From: Bacteroides sp.
GTDB taxonomy: Bacteria > Bacteroidota > Bacteroidia > Bacteroidales > Bacteroidaceae
DNA: 64,000 nucleotides
NCBI GenBank assembly: GCA_022648295.1
Contig: JALCME010000018.1
Span: 36,626-100,625, forward strand
Direction of reading: 5' to 3'
Shown here: positions 35,704-45,510 of the stretch, piece after piece
Layout: every line of letters starts with the position of its first letter
Position numbering within the stretch: the first letter of the stretch is position 1
Translations under genes and position numbers: made by a program
The notes under the pieces: generated by a model
Told to the model about the DNA's origin: nothing
The model's input: the letters and a program-made list of their open reading frames with translations, nothing else
Database searches by the model: none

Positions 35704-37803
35704 ATGAAAGTTACACTTATTCGCACCGACCATGAAACCGGCAAAGAAGCTTTCAGTACAATAAGTACTGACACATTAATAGAAAAAATAAAAGTAGAGA
35801 ACAAAGCGGGATACATTTCAACCCTGCGTAGTTTGATACCACGCATCACAGGCACAGGTGCCCACTATGAGCATATGGACAAATTGCCACGTATCTATCC
35901 GACGGCAGAATATATCCACACCAAAGACAAAGAAAGGTGGATAAAAACCTACAACGGGCTGGTCCAACTGGAAGTCAACCAGCTGGCAAGCATAGCTGAA
36001 GTAGAATTGGCAAAGCACCAGGCTGCGTTGCTCCCGCAAACCTTTGCCGCTTTTTGTGGAAGTAGCGAACGAAGTGTCAAGATATGGGTGTGCTTTGCTT
36101 TACCTGATGGTTCCCAGCCCGACGAAAAGGATAAAATAGCGTTATTCCATGCCGCCGCGTATCGGTTGGCTGTGAACTGTTATCAGCCTCTACTCCCTTT
36201 CGCTATTACCTTGAAAGACCCGTCGTACAATCAGAGTTGTCGTATGACACTAGATAAAACTCCCTACTACAACCCTACTGCTGTTCCCTTTTGTCTGGAA
36301 CAACCTCTATCCCTGCCTGAAGAAATAACCTTCAGGCAGCGGAAACAGGCGGAGAAAAATCCCTTACTGCGGATGGAGCCCGGCTACCCTACGTCAAAGA
36401 CTTTCTCTATGCTTTTTGAAGCAGCCCTTGAACGTGCTTTCGAAGAAGTGGGAAAATGGAAGTGGGGTGATGATTTAAAACCGCTATTGTCTCTTATTGC
36501 CAAACACTGCTACAAGGCAGGCATCCCCGAAGAGGAAGTGGTACGTCAGGTATTGATGCACTTTTACCACGAAACAGACGAAGCCATTGTCCGCCCCACC
36601 CTGCACAACCTCTACCGGGAACACAAGGGTTTTGGGACACGCAGCAGCATGACGCATGAACAGGAAACAGCTTTCCGCCTTGAAGAATTTATGAACCGCC
36701 GTTACGAGTTCCGTTACAACACCGTGCTCGATGAATTGGAATACCGCCAGCGGGACTCCATTCACTTTCACTTCCGCCCCGCCGGACAAAGAGTGAGGAG
36801 CAGTATTGCACTAAATGCATTGAAAGAGGGAATTCGTGTATGGGACCGGGACGTGGCACGCTATCTCAATTCAGACTACATTCCACTTTACAACCCCATT
36901 GAAGAGTACCTGAACGATACCGGACACTGGGATGGGAAAGACCGTATCAGCGCACTGGCTAATCTCGTTCCCTGCGAAAATCCGCATTGGCAGAAACTGT
37001 TCTACCGCTGGTTTCTTAGCATGGTGGCCCATTGGCAAAACATTGACAAACAGCATGGAAACAATACTTCCCCCTTGCTGGTGGGGCCGCAAGGTTACCG
37101 GAAATCCACATTCTGCCGTATCCTTCTTCCTCCCGAACTGCGTTTCGGTTACGCCGACAGCATTGATTTCAAGAGTAAAAAGGATGCGGAACGAAGTCTG
37201 GGCCGCTTCTTTCTAATCAACATCGATGAGTTCGACCAGATCAGTGTCAGCCAGCAGGGCTTCCTGAAACACTTACTGCAGAAACCGGTTGCCAACTTGC
37301 GCAAACCTTACGGGACTGCCATTCAGGAAATACGCCGTTACGCCTCCTTCATAGGCACCAGTAACCAAAAGGATTTGTTGACCGACCCTTCGGGCAGTCG
37401 CCGCTTTATCTGTATTGAAGTGACCGGTCCCATCAATACCAACGTCACCATCAACTACCGCCAACTCTATGCCCAGGCCGTAGATGCCATTGCAGGGGGC
37501 GAGCGTTACTGGCTCGACGATTCCGAAGAAAGCATCTTGAAACAAGCCAATCAGGAATTTGAGCAACCCACTCCACTGGAACAACTCTTTCTTTGCCATT
37601 TTCGCGCTGCTGAAACAGAAGAGGAAGGGGTATGGATGACACCTATGGAAATCTTATCCTTCCTGCAGACAAAGACCAAGGACCGGCTGTCCATCAACAA
37701 AGTAGCCTATTTCGGGCGTACACTCCGCAAGCTCGACATTGTCAGCCGGAGAAGAAACAGGGGAACGGAATACCACATCGTAAATATTGATAATAATGAA
37801 TGA
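35704..37803 (+). CDS. VirE-family primase-helicase-like protein (BT4734-like/VirE_N N-domain plus P-loop NTPase)
   Basis: 699 aa. The N-domain ..YISTLRSLIP...RIYPTAEY...NGLVQLEVNQL...SVKIWVCFALPDG is like the primase-like N-domain of Bacteroides mobile-element VirE proteins. Walker A LLVGPQGYRKST and Walker B FFLINIDEFD. Confidence 0.7.
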   Translation: MKVTLIRTDHETGKEAFSTISTDTLIEKIKVENKAGYISTLRSLIPRITGTGAHYEHMDKLPRIYPTAEYIHTKDKERWIKTYNGLVQLEVNQLASIAEVELAKHQAALLPQTFAAFCGSSERSVKIWVCFALPDGSQPDEKDKIALFHAAAYRLAVNCYQPLLPFAITLKDPSYNQSCRMTLDKTPYYNPTAVPFCLEQPLSLPEEITFRQRKQAEKNPLLRMEPGYPTSKTFSMLFEAALERAFEEVGKWKWGDDLKPLLSLIAKHCYKAGIPEEEVVRQVLMHFYHETDEAIVRPTLHNLYREHKGFGTRSSMTHEQETAFRLEEFMNRRYEFRYNTVLDELEYRQRDSIHFHFRPAGQRVRSSIALNALKEGIRVWDRDVARYLNSDYIPLYNPIEEYLNDTGHWDGKDRISALANLVPCENPHWQKLFYRWFLSMVAHWQNIDKQHGNNTSPLLVGPQGYRKSTFCRILLPPELRFGYADSIDFKSKKDAERSLGRFFLINIDEFDQISVSQQGFLKHLLQKPVANLRKPYGTAIQEIRRYASFIGTSNQKDLLTDPSGSRRFICIEVTGPINTNVTINYRQLYAQAVDAIAGGERYWLDDSEESILKQANQEFEQPTPLEQLFLCHFRAAETEEEGVWMTPMEILSFLQTKTKDRLSINKVAYFGRTLRKLDIVSRRRNRGTEYHIVNIDNNE

Positions 37804-37839
37804 TACAAGCTCTTTTTAGGAAGAAACAAACCTTTTTCA

Positions 37840-37847
37840 TACCTTTG
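37840..37847 (+). promoter_or_regulatory. -7 promoter box TACCTTTG
   Basis: Matches TAnnTTTG, 20 bp upstream of ATG 37867. Confidence 0.5.
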
Positions 37848-37866
37848 CACCTCAAATCAACTGGAA

Positions 37867-38553
37867 ATGGAAAAAGAAAGTCAAGTCATATTCGATCGTA
37901 ACGTCATAGAGTTCGTCACTGTTGCTGCGGAATTCTGCAAATTTCTGGAGCAGAGTGAAGATATGAAACGTTCCGCATTTGTCGATACTACCTTAAAGAT
38001 ACTTCCACTACTATATATCAAAGCTGAAATGCTGCCCGACTGCGAAATGATAGGCGAAGAAACACCTGAAAACTACGTAACGGAAGAAACTTACGAAGTA
38101 CTTCGCATTAACCTCTCAAATATTCTGGCCGAAAAAGATGATTATCTTGATGTCTTTATACAGGACATGCAATATAGCGACCAGCCTATTAAAAAGAGCA
38201 TTGCTGAAGACTTGGCGGACATTTACCAGGATATCAAAGATTTCATTTTCGTCTTCCAATTGGGGTTGAATGAAACCATGAATGATTCGCTGGCCATTTG
38301 TCAGGAACATTTCAAGGAATTCTGGGGACAAACATTAGTCAATACCCTGCGTGCCTTGCACGACGTAAAATATAATCAGCCGGATAACGAAGAGGAAATC
38401 TCTGATACAGATAGTGAAGAAAAACATGCCGGTCATTTTCACCATCATCACTGCAAGGATGAAGAGTGTCATTGCGGGAACGATTGTGATGATGACTGTG
38501 ACTGCAATTGCAACGATGATGATTGCCATTGCCACGGTGATCACCACGACTAA
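37867..38553 (+). CDS. DUF5063-like protein with His/Cys/Asp-rich C-terminal tail
   Basis: 228 aa. The helical acidic body resembles the Bacteroidales DUF5063 proteins that sit upstream of a 3'-5' exonuclease gene (family name from memory). In the last 42 residues, 31 are H, C or D. Confidence 0.6.
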   Translation: MEKESQVIFDRNVIEFVTVAAEFCKFLEQSEDMKRSAFVDTTLKILPLLYIKAEMLPDCEMIGEETPENYVTEETYEVLRINLSNILAEKDDYLDVFIQDMQYSDQPIKKSIAEDLADIYQDIKDFIFVFQLGLNETMNDSLAICQEHFKEFWGQTLVNTLRALHDVKYNQPDNEEEISDTDSEEKHAGHFHHHHCKDEECHCGNDCDDDCDCNCNDDDCHCHGDHHD

Positions 38554-38564
38554 ATCATATAATT

Positions 38565-39206
38565 ATGATTATAAAGAGAAACATTGACAAAGAAGATTTA
38601 AAGAATATGCCCAAAGCGGCTTTCCCCGGAAAAATTCATATTATTCAAACTTCCAGGGAAATAGAAAAAGCCATTGCTTATCTAAGTAAATGTCCGTTAT
38701 TAGGTATTGACAGCGAAACCCGACCCTCCTTCACCAAAGGACAATCGCATAAAGTTGCACTTCTGCAAATTTCTTCCAATGATCACTGTTTCCTTTTCCG
38801 GATTAATCAGACTGATTTAACCGCCTCCATCATTTCATTACTCGAAGACCCCTCAATAATAAAAATAGGTCTTTCGCTGCGAGATGATTTCACCATGTTA
38901 CATAAACGTGCTGCATTTGAACAACGCAATTGTATTGAACTGCAGGAATATGTTCGTGAATTTGGCATTCAGGATAAAAGCCTGCAAAAAATATACGCCA
39001 TTCTTTTCAGAGAAAAAATATCCAAATCACAACGTTTATCCAATTGGGAAGCAGAAACGCTGACGGAATCCCAGCAACTCTATGCAGCCACAGACGCATG
39101 GGCATGCCTTAAAATATACAACTACCTTCAGGAACTGAAAAGTTCGGGAGACTATCAACTAGCCCCTCAAGAAGAAGAAGAAAAAAAAGAAACGATCATC
39201 AAATAA
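38565..39206 (+). CDS. 3'-5' exonuclease domain protein (DEDDy, RNase D-like)
   Basis: Exo I LGIDSETRP, Exo II region and Exo III YAATDAWACLKIY. 213 aa. Confidence 0.85.
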   Translation: MIIKRNIDKEDLKNMPKAAFPGKIHIIQTSREIEKAIAYLSKCPLLGIDSETRPSFTKGQSHKVALLQISSNDHCFLFRINQTDLTASIISLLEDPSIIKIGLSLRDDFTMLHKRAAFEQRNCIELQEYVREFGIQDKSLQKIYAILFREKISKSQRLSNWEAETLTESQQLYAATDAWACLKIYNYLQELKSSGDYQLAPQEEEEKKETIIK

Positions 39207-39220
39207 AAACGCGATATTTC

Positions 39221-40402
39221 ATGCATAAAGTCTATCTTAAATCTGGCAAAGAAGAATCATTGAAACGATTCCATCCGTGGGTTTTTTCGGGAGCCATTGC
39301 TTCCATTGAAGGAAAAGTACAAGAAGGTGAAGTCGTAGAAGTATATACTTCTAAAAAAGAATTTATTGCAAAAGGCCATTATCAGATTGGAAGCATAGCC
39401 GTACGCGTACTTTCTTTTCTTCAGGACGAAACCATTGACCTGGATTTTTGGAAACGTAAGCTACATATAGCTTATGATATGCGCCGGAGCATCGGACTCA
39501 CCACCAATCCTGCCAACAACACCTACCGCTTAGTACACGGCGAAGGAGATAACCTGCCGGGATTAGTAATTGACGTCTATGCCAAAACGGCCGTTATGCA
39601 AGCTCATTCCGCCGGCATGCATCTCGAGCGCATGACGATTGCAGAAGCGTTGTCCGAAATAATGGAAGGTAAAATAGAGAATATTTACTACAAGTCGGAA
39701 ACGACCTTACCTTATAAAGCGGATTTGTATCCCGAGAATGGTTTCTTAAAAGGAGGAAGTACAGATAATATCGCTCAGGAATACGGTCTGAAATTCCATA
39801 TAGACTGGTTAAAGGGGCAAAAGACCGGTTTCTTTGTAGATCAACGTGAAAACCGGGCTTTGCTGGAACGCTATGCTCCCGGACGCTCCGTATTGAATAT
39901 GTTTTGTTATACCGGCGGCTTTTCGGTTTATGCTATGCGCGGTAATGCCAAATTAGTACATTCGGTAGACAGCTCCGCTAAGGCAATAGCCTTGACGAAC
40001 AATAACATTGAACTAAACTTCCCCGATGATACCCGGCATACAGCCTTTGCAGAAGATGCCTTTAAATATCTGGACCAAATGGGAGATCAATATGACCTTA
40101 TTGTACTTGACCCACCGGCATTTGCCAAACATCGTGATGCACTACGCAATGCACTCCAAGGCTACCGGAAACTAAACCTGAAAGCTTTCGAGAAGATTAA
40201 GCCGGGTGGCATCTTATTCACCTTCTCCTGTTCCCAGGCCGTTAGTAAGGAAAATTTTCGAACCACTGTATTTACAGCAGCAGCTATGTCGGGACGTAGC
40301 GTACGTATTCTGCATCAATTGACTCAACCTGCAGACCATCCGGTAAACATTTATCATCCCGAAGGAGAATACTTAAAAGGGTTGGTTCTTTACGTAGAAT
40401 AA
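39221..40402 (+). CDS. rlmI: Class I SAM-dependent 23S rRNA (cytosine-C5) methyltransferase RlmI-like
   Basis: 393 aa. N-terminal PUA-like region (LKRFHPWVFSGAI), the SAM motif VLNMFCYTGGFSV, DPPAF and a catalytic Cys region FTFSCS. Confidence 0.85.
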   Translation: MHKVYLKSGKEESLKRFHPWVFSGAIASIEGKVQEGEVVEVYTSKKEFIAKGHYQIGSIAVRVLSFLQDETIDLDFWKRKLHIAYDMRRSIGLTTNPANNTYRLVHGEGDNLPGLVIDVYAKTAVMQAHSAGMHLERMTIAEALSEIMEGKIENIYYKSETTLPYKADLYPENGFLKGGSTDNIAQEYGLKFHIDWLKGQKTGFFVDQRENRALLERYAPGRSVLNMFCYTGGFSVYAMRGNAKLVHSVDSSAKAIALTNNNIELNFPDDTRHTAFAEDAFKYLDQMGDQYDLIVLDPPAFAKHRDALRNALQGYRKLNLKAFEKIKPGGILFTFSCSQAVSKENFRTTVFTAAAMSGRSVRILHQLTQPADHPVNIYHPEGEYLKGLVLYVE

Positions 40403-40524
40403 AAGAATAAGTTAAAACAAGTTAATACAAACAGAAAAAACAAGAGAAACACATGTTATATAACATATAACAGTTATATTTGCACTGTGTTTTTCATGGT
40501 ATTAGATTTAAGGTTATAAAGATT

Positions 40525-40556
40525 GGGTATCTGGGATAGATGCCCTTCTTTTTTAT
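40525..40556 (+). terminator. Rho-independent terminator-like hairpin
   Basis: A 7-bp stem (gggtatc / gatgccc, with one G-U pair) and the loop tgggata, then ttcttttttat. Confidence 0.55.
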
Positions 40557-40591
40557 CCTCCCCTTCCCCACTACCTTTCCAATAAATTTCC

Positions 40592-40599
40592 TACATTTG
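40592..40599 (+). promoter_or_regulatory. -7 promoter box TACATTTG for nupG
   Basis: Matches TAnnTTTG, 49 bp upstream of ATG 40648. Confidence 0.5.
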
Positions 40600-40647
40600 C
40601 AACAATAATCAATTTTCTAAAAAGAAAACTACGTAAAGGAAAAAGCT

Positions 40648-41922
40648 ATGAGCGTAAAGGTACGTTTAATCATCATGAACTTCCTACAATTTGCTGTATG
40701 GGGAGCTTATCTAACATCTATGGGCAGTTATTTGGTAAGTATAGGTTTAGCTGGTCGTATCGGGTTATTCTATGCCATGCAGGGAATTGTGTCCATGTTT
40801 ATGCCGGCACTAATAGGAATTGTAGCCGATCGATGGATACCGGCACAACGATTATTGGGTGTTTGCCACTTTATAGCCGGCGCTTTTATGATAGCTACCG
40901 GATATTATGGAATGACAGCCGGACATGAGACGAACTTTTCCATACTATTCAGCCTTTACGCAATTAGCGTGGCCTTTTATATGCCAACATTGGCGTTATC
41001 CAATTCTGTTGCATTCTCAGTGTTGGACACTTCCGGCTTTGATACAATCAAAGCCTTTCCTCCTATCCGTATTTTCGGAACTATAGGTTTTATCTGTTCA
41101 ATGTTGGCCGTAGATGCTTTAGGATACCAAGCCTCACACACCCAATTTTTTGTATCGGGAGGACTTGGAATACTACTTGCACTTTATGCTATAACTTTAC
41201 CCCACTGTCCGGTCAGCAAGCAAAGTGAAAAGAAATCGCTGGTTGAAGCTTTTGGATTACGGGCCTTTACCTTGTTTAAAGATAAAAAAATGGCTATCTT
41301 CTTCATCTTTTCGATGTTGCTGGGGGTCTCTTTGCAAATAACAAACGGATTTGCAAATCCATTCATAACCAGTTTTAAAGCCATACCGGAATATGCTTCG
41401 TCTTTCGGTGCCAACCACGCCAATGCGTTGATCTCCATTTCACAATGCTCGGAAACCTTATGCATATTACTTATTCCCTTTTTCCTGAAAAAGTTTGGCA
41501 TCAAGCAAGTTATGCTAATTGCCATGTTTGCCTGGGTATTGCGCTTCGGTCTGTTTGGAATAGGAAACCCCGGAAGTGGAGTATGGATGTTCATACTCTC
41601 CATGATCGTATATGGAGTGGCTTTTGACTTTTTCAATATTTCAGGCTCTCTATTTGTCAATAAAGAAACCGATAAAAATATTCGTTCCAGTGCTCAGGGA
41701 CTGTTTATGCTAATGACTAATGGTTTGGGCGCTACAATCGGCACACTGGGAGCACAAGCTGTTGTTGATCACTTTACTTACTCTACGGAATTTGAAGGTA
41801 GCTTTTACACAGTAGGTGACTGGAGTAGCGTATGGTATATATTCAGTGGATATGCTTTAATGGTCGGCGTGCTATTTGCATTTATATTCAAATATAAACA
41901 CCGTCCGGAAGAGTTAAAATAG
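40648..41922 (+). CDS. nupG: Nucleoside:H+ symporter (NupG/XapB family MFS)
   Basis: 424 aa. LQFAVWGAYLTSMGSYL...FMPALIGIVADRW...FPPIRIFGTIGFI aligns by eye with E. coli NupG. Confidence 0.88.
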   Translation: MSVKVRLIIMNFLQFAVWGAYLTSMGSYLVSIGLAGRIGLFYAMQGIVSMFMPALIGIVADRWIPAQRLLGVCHFIAGAFMIATGYYGMTAGHETNFSILFSLYAISVAFYMPTLALSNSVAFSVLDTSGFDTIKAFPPIRIFGTIGFICSMLAVDALGYQASHTQFFVSGGLGILLALYAITLPHCPVSKQSEKKSLVEAFGLRAFTLFKDKKMAIFFIFSMLLGVSLQITNGFANPFITSFKAIPEYASSFGANHANALISISQCSETLCILLIPFFLKKFGIKQVMLIAMFAWVLRFGLFGIGNPGSGVWMFILSMIVYGVAFDFFNISGSLFVNKETDKNIRSSAQGLFMLMTNGLGATIGTLGAQAVVDHFTYSTEFEGSFYTVGDWSSVWYIFSGYALMVGVLFAFIFKYKHRPEELK

Positions 41923-41931
41923 TGTTTTAAA

Positions 41932-42525
41932 ATGAATAAGAAAAAAGTAGAATTAGAAGTTTTAAATATTACCAATAGTCAGGAAGAAGCAGGTGCCTAT
42001 GCGTTGATTCTGGGTGAAGTAAACGGCTCGCGGCAACTTCCGGTTATTATAGGTGCTGCGGAAGCTCAGGCCATGCTCATCGTATTGAAGGGTGTTGTTC
42101 CACCCAGACCTCTGACACACAATCTCTTTGCATCTTGCCTTGAAATTTTGGGGGTCAATATGGTGCGCGCACTTATCTATAAAGTGGATAATGGAGTATT
42201 CTACTCTTATATTTACTTAAAAGCAGACGGGACAATTATCAGAATGGATGCGCGGACCTCCGATGCCGTTGCTATGGCATTGCGCATGAAAGCTCCTATC
42301 TTTGTTTACGAAGAAATACTGGAGTCGGAACAGCTAAAAACGACGGAAGACTCCAAAGAAGCAACTACGGCTCCAATGGGCAATGGTTCCGATCCTCATA
42401 TGGACGAATTTCTGCGTAAAGATAGCATTGACTTGCTGCAAGAGGCTTTACAAAAGGCCATAAAAGAAGAAAACTACGAACGCGCCGCCCAAATAAGGGA
42501 TGAAATAGCCAAACGCAAAAAATAG
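41932..42525 (+). CDS. Bifunctional nuclease (BFN/DUF151) with C-terminal UVR motif
   Basis: 197 aa. ..LPVIIGAAEAQAMLIVLKGVVPPRPLTHNL..RMDARTSDAVAMALRMKAPIFV.. and the UVR-like ENYERAAQIRDEI. Confidence 0.8.
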   Translation: MNKKKVELEVLNITNSQEEAGAYALILGEVNGSRQLPVIIGAAEAQAMLIVLKGVVPPRPLTHNLFASCLEILGVNMVRALIYKVDNGVFYSYIYLKADGTIIRMDARTSDAVAMALRMKAPIFVYEEILESEQLKTTEDSKEATTAPMGNGSDPHMDEFLRKDSIDLLQEALQKAIKEENYERAAQIRDEIAKRKK

Positions 42526-42537
42526 TAAAACCACACC

Positions 42538-43236
42538 ATGCACGTATTCTACACTCCTGACATAATGACTTCTGATGAGCTTCCGGAAGAAGAAGCGCAA
42601 CATTGCACCCGCGTACTTCGCTTAAACATGGGAGATGAAATCTTGCTGACAGACGGTAAAGGTTATTTTTATCACGCCCGGATCAAGGCGGCTTCCAATA
42701 AGCATTGTTCGGTGGAAGTTTTAGAAAAGACATATCAAGAGCCCTTATGGAAAGGGCATTTGCACATTGCAATGGCTCCTACCAAGAATATGGATCGCAC
42801 GGAATGGTTTATCGAAAAAGCCACGGAAATAGGATTTGATGAACTGACCTTTCTAAATTGCCGCTTTTCTGAGCGCAAGGTTATCAAAACAGAACGAATA
42901 ACTAAAATACTGATTTCCGCTATAAAACAATCTCTAAAGGCACGCATGCCTATACTGAATGAAATGACGGACTTCAATAAATTCATTGCACAACCCTTTA
43001 ACGGACAGAAATTCATTGCTCACTGTTATGATACGGAAAAAAAAGCTTTAAAAGATACCATTCGCAGAGATGAAGATGCATTGATTTTGATAGGTCCTGA
43101 AGGTGATTTTAGTGAGGAAGAAGTGAAAAAGGCCATTGACCAGGGATTTATCCCAATCACATTGGGGCCTTCAAGGTTACGTACGGAAACCGCCGCTTTA
43201 GTGGCATGCCATATCCTCAATCTATATAATCAATAA
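42538..43236 (+). CDS. rsmE: 16S rRNA (uracil1498-N3)-methyltransferase
   Basis: 232 aa. The MHVFY.. start, the PUA-like N-domain and the SPOUT knot motif LILIGPEGDFSEEE...LGPSRLRTETAA. Confidence 0.88.
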   Translation: MHVFYTPDIMTSDELPEEEAQHCTRVLRLNMGDEILLTDGKGYFYHARIKAASNKHCSVEVLEKTYQEPLWKGHLHIAMAPTKNMDRTEWFIEKATEIGFDELTFLNCRFSERKVIKTERITKILISAIKQSLKARMPILNEMTDFNKFIAQPFNGQKFIAHCYDTEKKALKDTIRRDEDALILIGPEGDFSEEEVKKAIDQGFIPITLGPSRLRTETAALVACHILNLYNQ

Positions 43237-43255
43237 GACTTAAAACTAAAATGAT

Positions 43256-44803
43256 ATGAAAAAAAGGTTGTTTCCCTTTCTGACACTACTGGTAGTATTA
43301 ACGGTATTGATTAGTGCATGTTCCCAAAAATTGGAATATACCAATGTTATCCCCCGGGATGCCAATGTTGTAATGACCATTCGTATGAAATCCTTAGCCG
43401 AAAAGGCAGGTTTCAATGATGAGACAAACGAAACAGCCCGCCAAAAGCTCAAGGATATGCTGAAAAGCGGACTGAGTGCTTCCGGTTTTCAACAAATAGA
43501 AAAAATAGTGGAAGAACCGGAGAAAGCAGGAATTGATGTAAATGTCCCCATTTACTTGTTCAGTTCCCCTGCATTGCCTTATATTGCCTTAGTATCCAAA
43601 GTTAGTAACAAAAATGACCTGCAAACCTTATTGGAGACACTGGAAAAAGAAAAGTTATGTTCGCCCATAGAAAAAGCAGACAACTATGAGTATACCGAAA
43701 TAGGCAAACAGGCACTATTAGCTTTTAATTCTTCCGCTCTATTATGTGTTGCCTATAATAATATCAGTCAATCGGAAAATATCAAGCAGGCAATTGTACC
43801 TTTATTTAAGCAGGATGTAAAAAATAGTATTTGCTCCACGCCTATCTTCGAAAAACTACAAAAGAGCAAAGGGGATATCAGCTTGTTTTTCTCATCGACA
43901 AGTATACCGGAAACTTACCGCAAATTGACAGGATCGGTACTCCCACGAAGCAATAGTCAAAACGACTTGTCCATTTTAAGCAACCTTTCTTTTGAAAACG
44001 GAAAGATTCGAATGGAATGCGAATACCTCACTCAAAACGCAGAAACCCAAAAAGCAATAGAAAAATATTCGAATGCAATGCGTCCGATAAATAACACTTT
44101 CTTAGCTTATTTTCCCCAGTCAACCTTAGTGGTATTCAGTATGGGAATAAACGGGGAAAAGCTCTATGATGCATTACAAGGAAATGAAGAATTCCAATCT
44201 TTGTTCTCCAACCCCCAATCAAGCAATATCAAAAATATATTCAATGCTCTTCAGGGCGATTTAACCATTGGCTTAACCGGCGTTTCGCCCTATGGATCAC
44301 CCGAATTTCTTGCTTATGCCAATATAAAAAACAAGAGTGCGATTGAACAGTTATATGAACGCAAGTCGGAATTAGGACTAAATGCAGGAGAAGACATCAT
44401 TAAACTGGGCAATGATGAATATGCGTTCAAATCTCCCGAAATCAATTTCTTTTTCGGATTCCGGAATGACGCCTTGTACATAACCAATAACAAGCAATTG
44501 TATCAAACCAATAAGATGGAAGCCCCATCAGCCTTGAATACCGAATATGCCCCTGAAATAAAGGGTAAGAGAGCAGTACTAATTATAAATATGGAGTCCG
44601 TACTCAACATCCCCTTTGTAAAAGTGATGGTTGCATACGGAGGACCGGAATATACCGCATATCATTCTTTAGCAAATAAAATAGCTTATATTAAAACTTC
44701 GATAGACAGTCAGAACATAGAGATGACACTCCAACTAAAAAATAAAGATATAAATGCCTTAAAGCAAATAGTTGACTTTATAAAGGAATTTGCAGGCATC
44801 TAA
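43256..44803 (+). CDS. DUF4836-like lipoprotein
   Basis: Lipobox TVLISAC. 515 aa with no catalytic motif recognised. The family name is from memory of Bacteroidales lipoproteins of this size and N-terminal pattern (IPRDANVVMTIRMKSL). Confidence 0.55.
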   Translation: MKKRLFPFLTLLVVLTVLISACSQKLEYTNVIPRDANVVMTIRMKSLAEKAGFNDETNETARQKLKDMLKSGLSASGFQQIEKIVEEPEKAGIDVNVPIYLFSSPALPYIALVSKVSNKNDLQTLLETLEKEKLCSPIEKADNYEYTEIGKQALLAFNSSALLCVAYNNISQSENIKQAIVPLFKQDVKNSICSTPIFEKLQKSKGDISLFFSSTSIPETYRKLTGSVLPRSNSQNDLSILSNLSFENGKIRMECEYLTQNAETQKAIEKYSNAMRPINNTFLAYFPQSTLVVFSMGINGEKLYDALQGNEEFQSLFSNPQSSNIKNIFNALQGDLTIGLTGVSPYGSPEFLAYANIKNKSAIEQLYERKSELGLNAGEDIIKLGNDEYAFKSPEINFFFGFRNDALYITNNKQLYQTNKMEAPSALNTEYAPEIKGKRAVLIINMESVLNIPFVKVMVAYGGPEYTAYHSLANKIAYIKTSIDSQNIEMTLQLKNKDINALKQIVDFIKEFAGI

Positions 44804-44815
44804 ACAGGAATAATA

Positions 44816-45460
44816 ATGGAGACTATTCATTTACAACAGACCCTTCCTGAAGTTTTCGCCGGTCGTGACGCAATTACCTCGGATGTCTGGCATCAGGATC
44901 TCACTTTGAAAAAAGGAGAATTTTACTTGATTGAAGCAGCTTCCGGTACTGGGAAATCTTCTTTATGCAGTTATCTATACGGATACCGTCAAGACTATCA
45001 GGGTATCATCAACTTTGATGGTCGGAACATCCGTTCACTCTCTATTAATGAATGGGTAAAATTGCGTAAACAATCACTCGGCATTCTTTTTCAAGAACTA
45101 CGTATCTTCCCCGAATTGACTGCATATGAAAACGTGCAACTTAAAAATAGATTGACCGGATTCAAAAAGAAAAAAGAAATCCTTGCCTTCTTCGAACGAC
45201 TAGGCATTGCCGACAAAACGAATGAAAAAGCAGCTAAGCTCTCTTTCGGACAGCAGCAACGGGTAGCGTTTATCCGCACGCTCTGCCAACCCTCCGACTT
45301 CCTCTTCCTTGATGAACCAATCAGTCATATTGATGATGAAAATGGCTCCATTATGGGACGCTTGCTTACAGAAGAAGCCCTACAACAAGGAGCCGGCGTT
45401 ATTATAACGTCCATCGGGAAACATATTAATTTAAACTATAACTGTGTATTGAAACTATAA
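44816..45460 (+). CDS. ABC transporter ATP-binding protein
   Basis: Walker A ASGTGKSS, the signature variant LSFGQQQR, Walker B FLFLDEP and an H-loop SH. 214 aa. Confidence 0.88.
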   Translation: METIHLQQTLPEVFAGRDAITSDVWHQDLTLKKGEFYLIEAASGTGKSSLCSYLYGYRQDYQGIINFDGRNIRSLSINEWVKLRKQSLGILFQELRIFPELTAYENVQLKNRLTGFKKKKEILAFFERLGIADKTNEKAAKLSFGQQQRVAFIRTLCQPSDFLFLDEPISHIDDENGSIMGRLLTEEALQQGAGVIITSIGKHINLNYNCVLKL

Positions 45461-45510
45461 TCAATATAGTTTGGCAGATTGTACAATACCTCATAGATAA
45501 AAGATACATT

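Noticed and set aside
35704-37803. Calling the VirE-like gene, with its neighbours, an integrated mobile element
   Set aside because: No integrase, relaxase, transposase, tRNA target or flanking direct repeats are visible. The neighbours on both sides are housekeeping genes with their own promoter boxes. I report it as an orphan gene instead.
38425-38553. His-rich tail as an engineered affinity tag or assembly artefact; also antisense ORF 38335..38547
   Set aside because: The His residues are interleaved with Cys and Asp over 42 codons with varied codon usage and a native stop, so this is not a tag. The antisense ORF is a mirror effect of the repetitive GAT/CAT/TGC codons.
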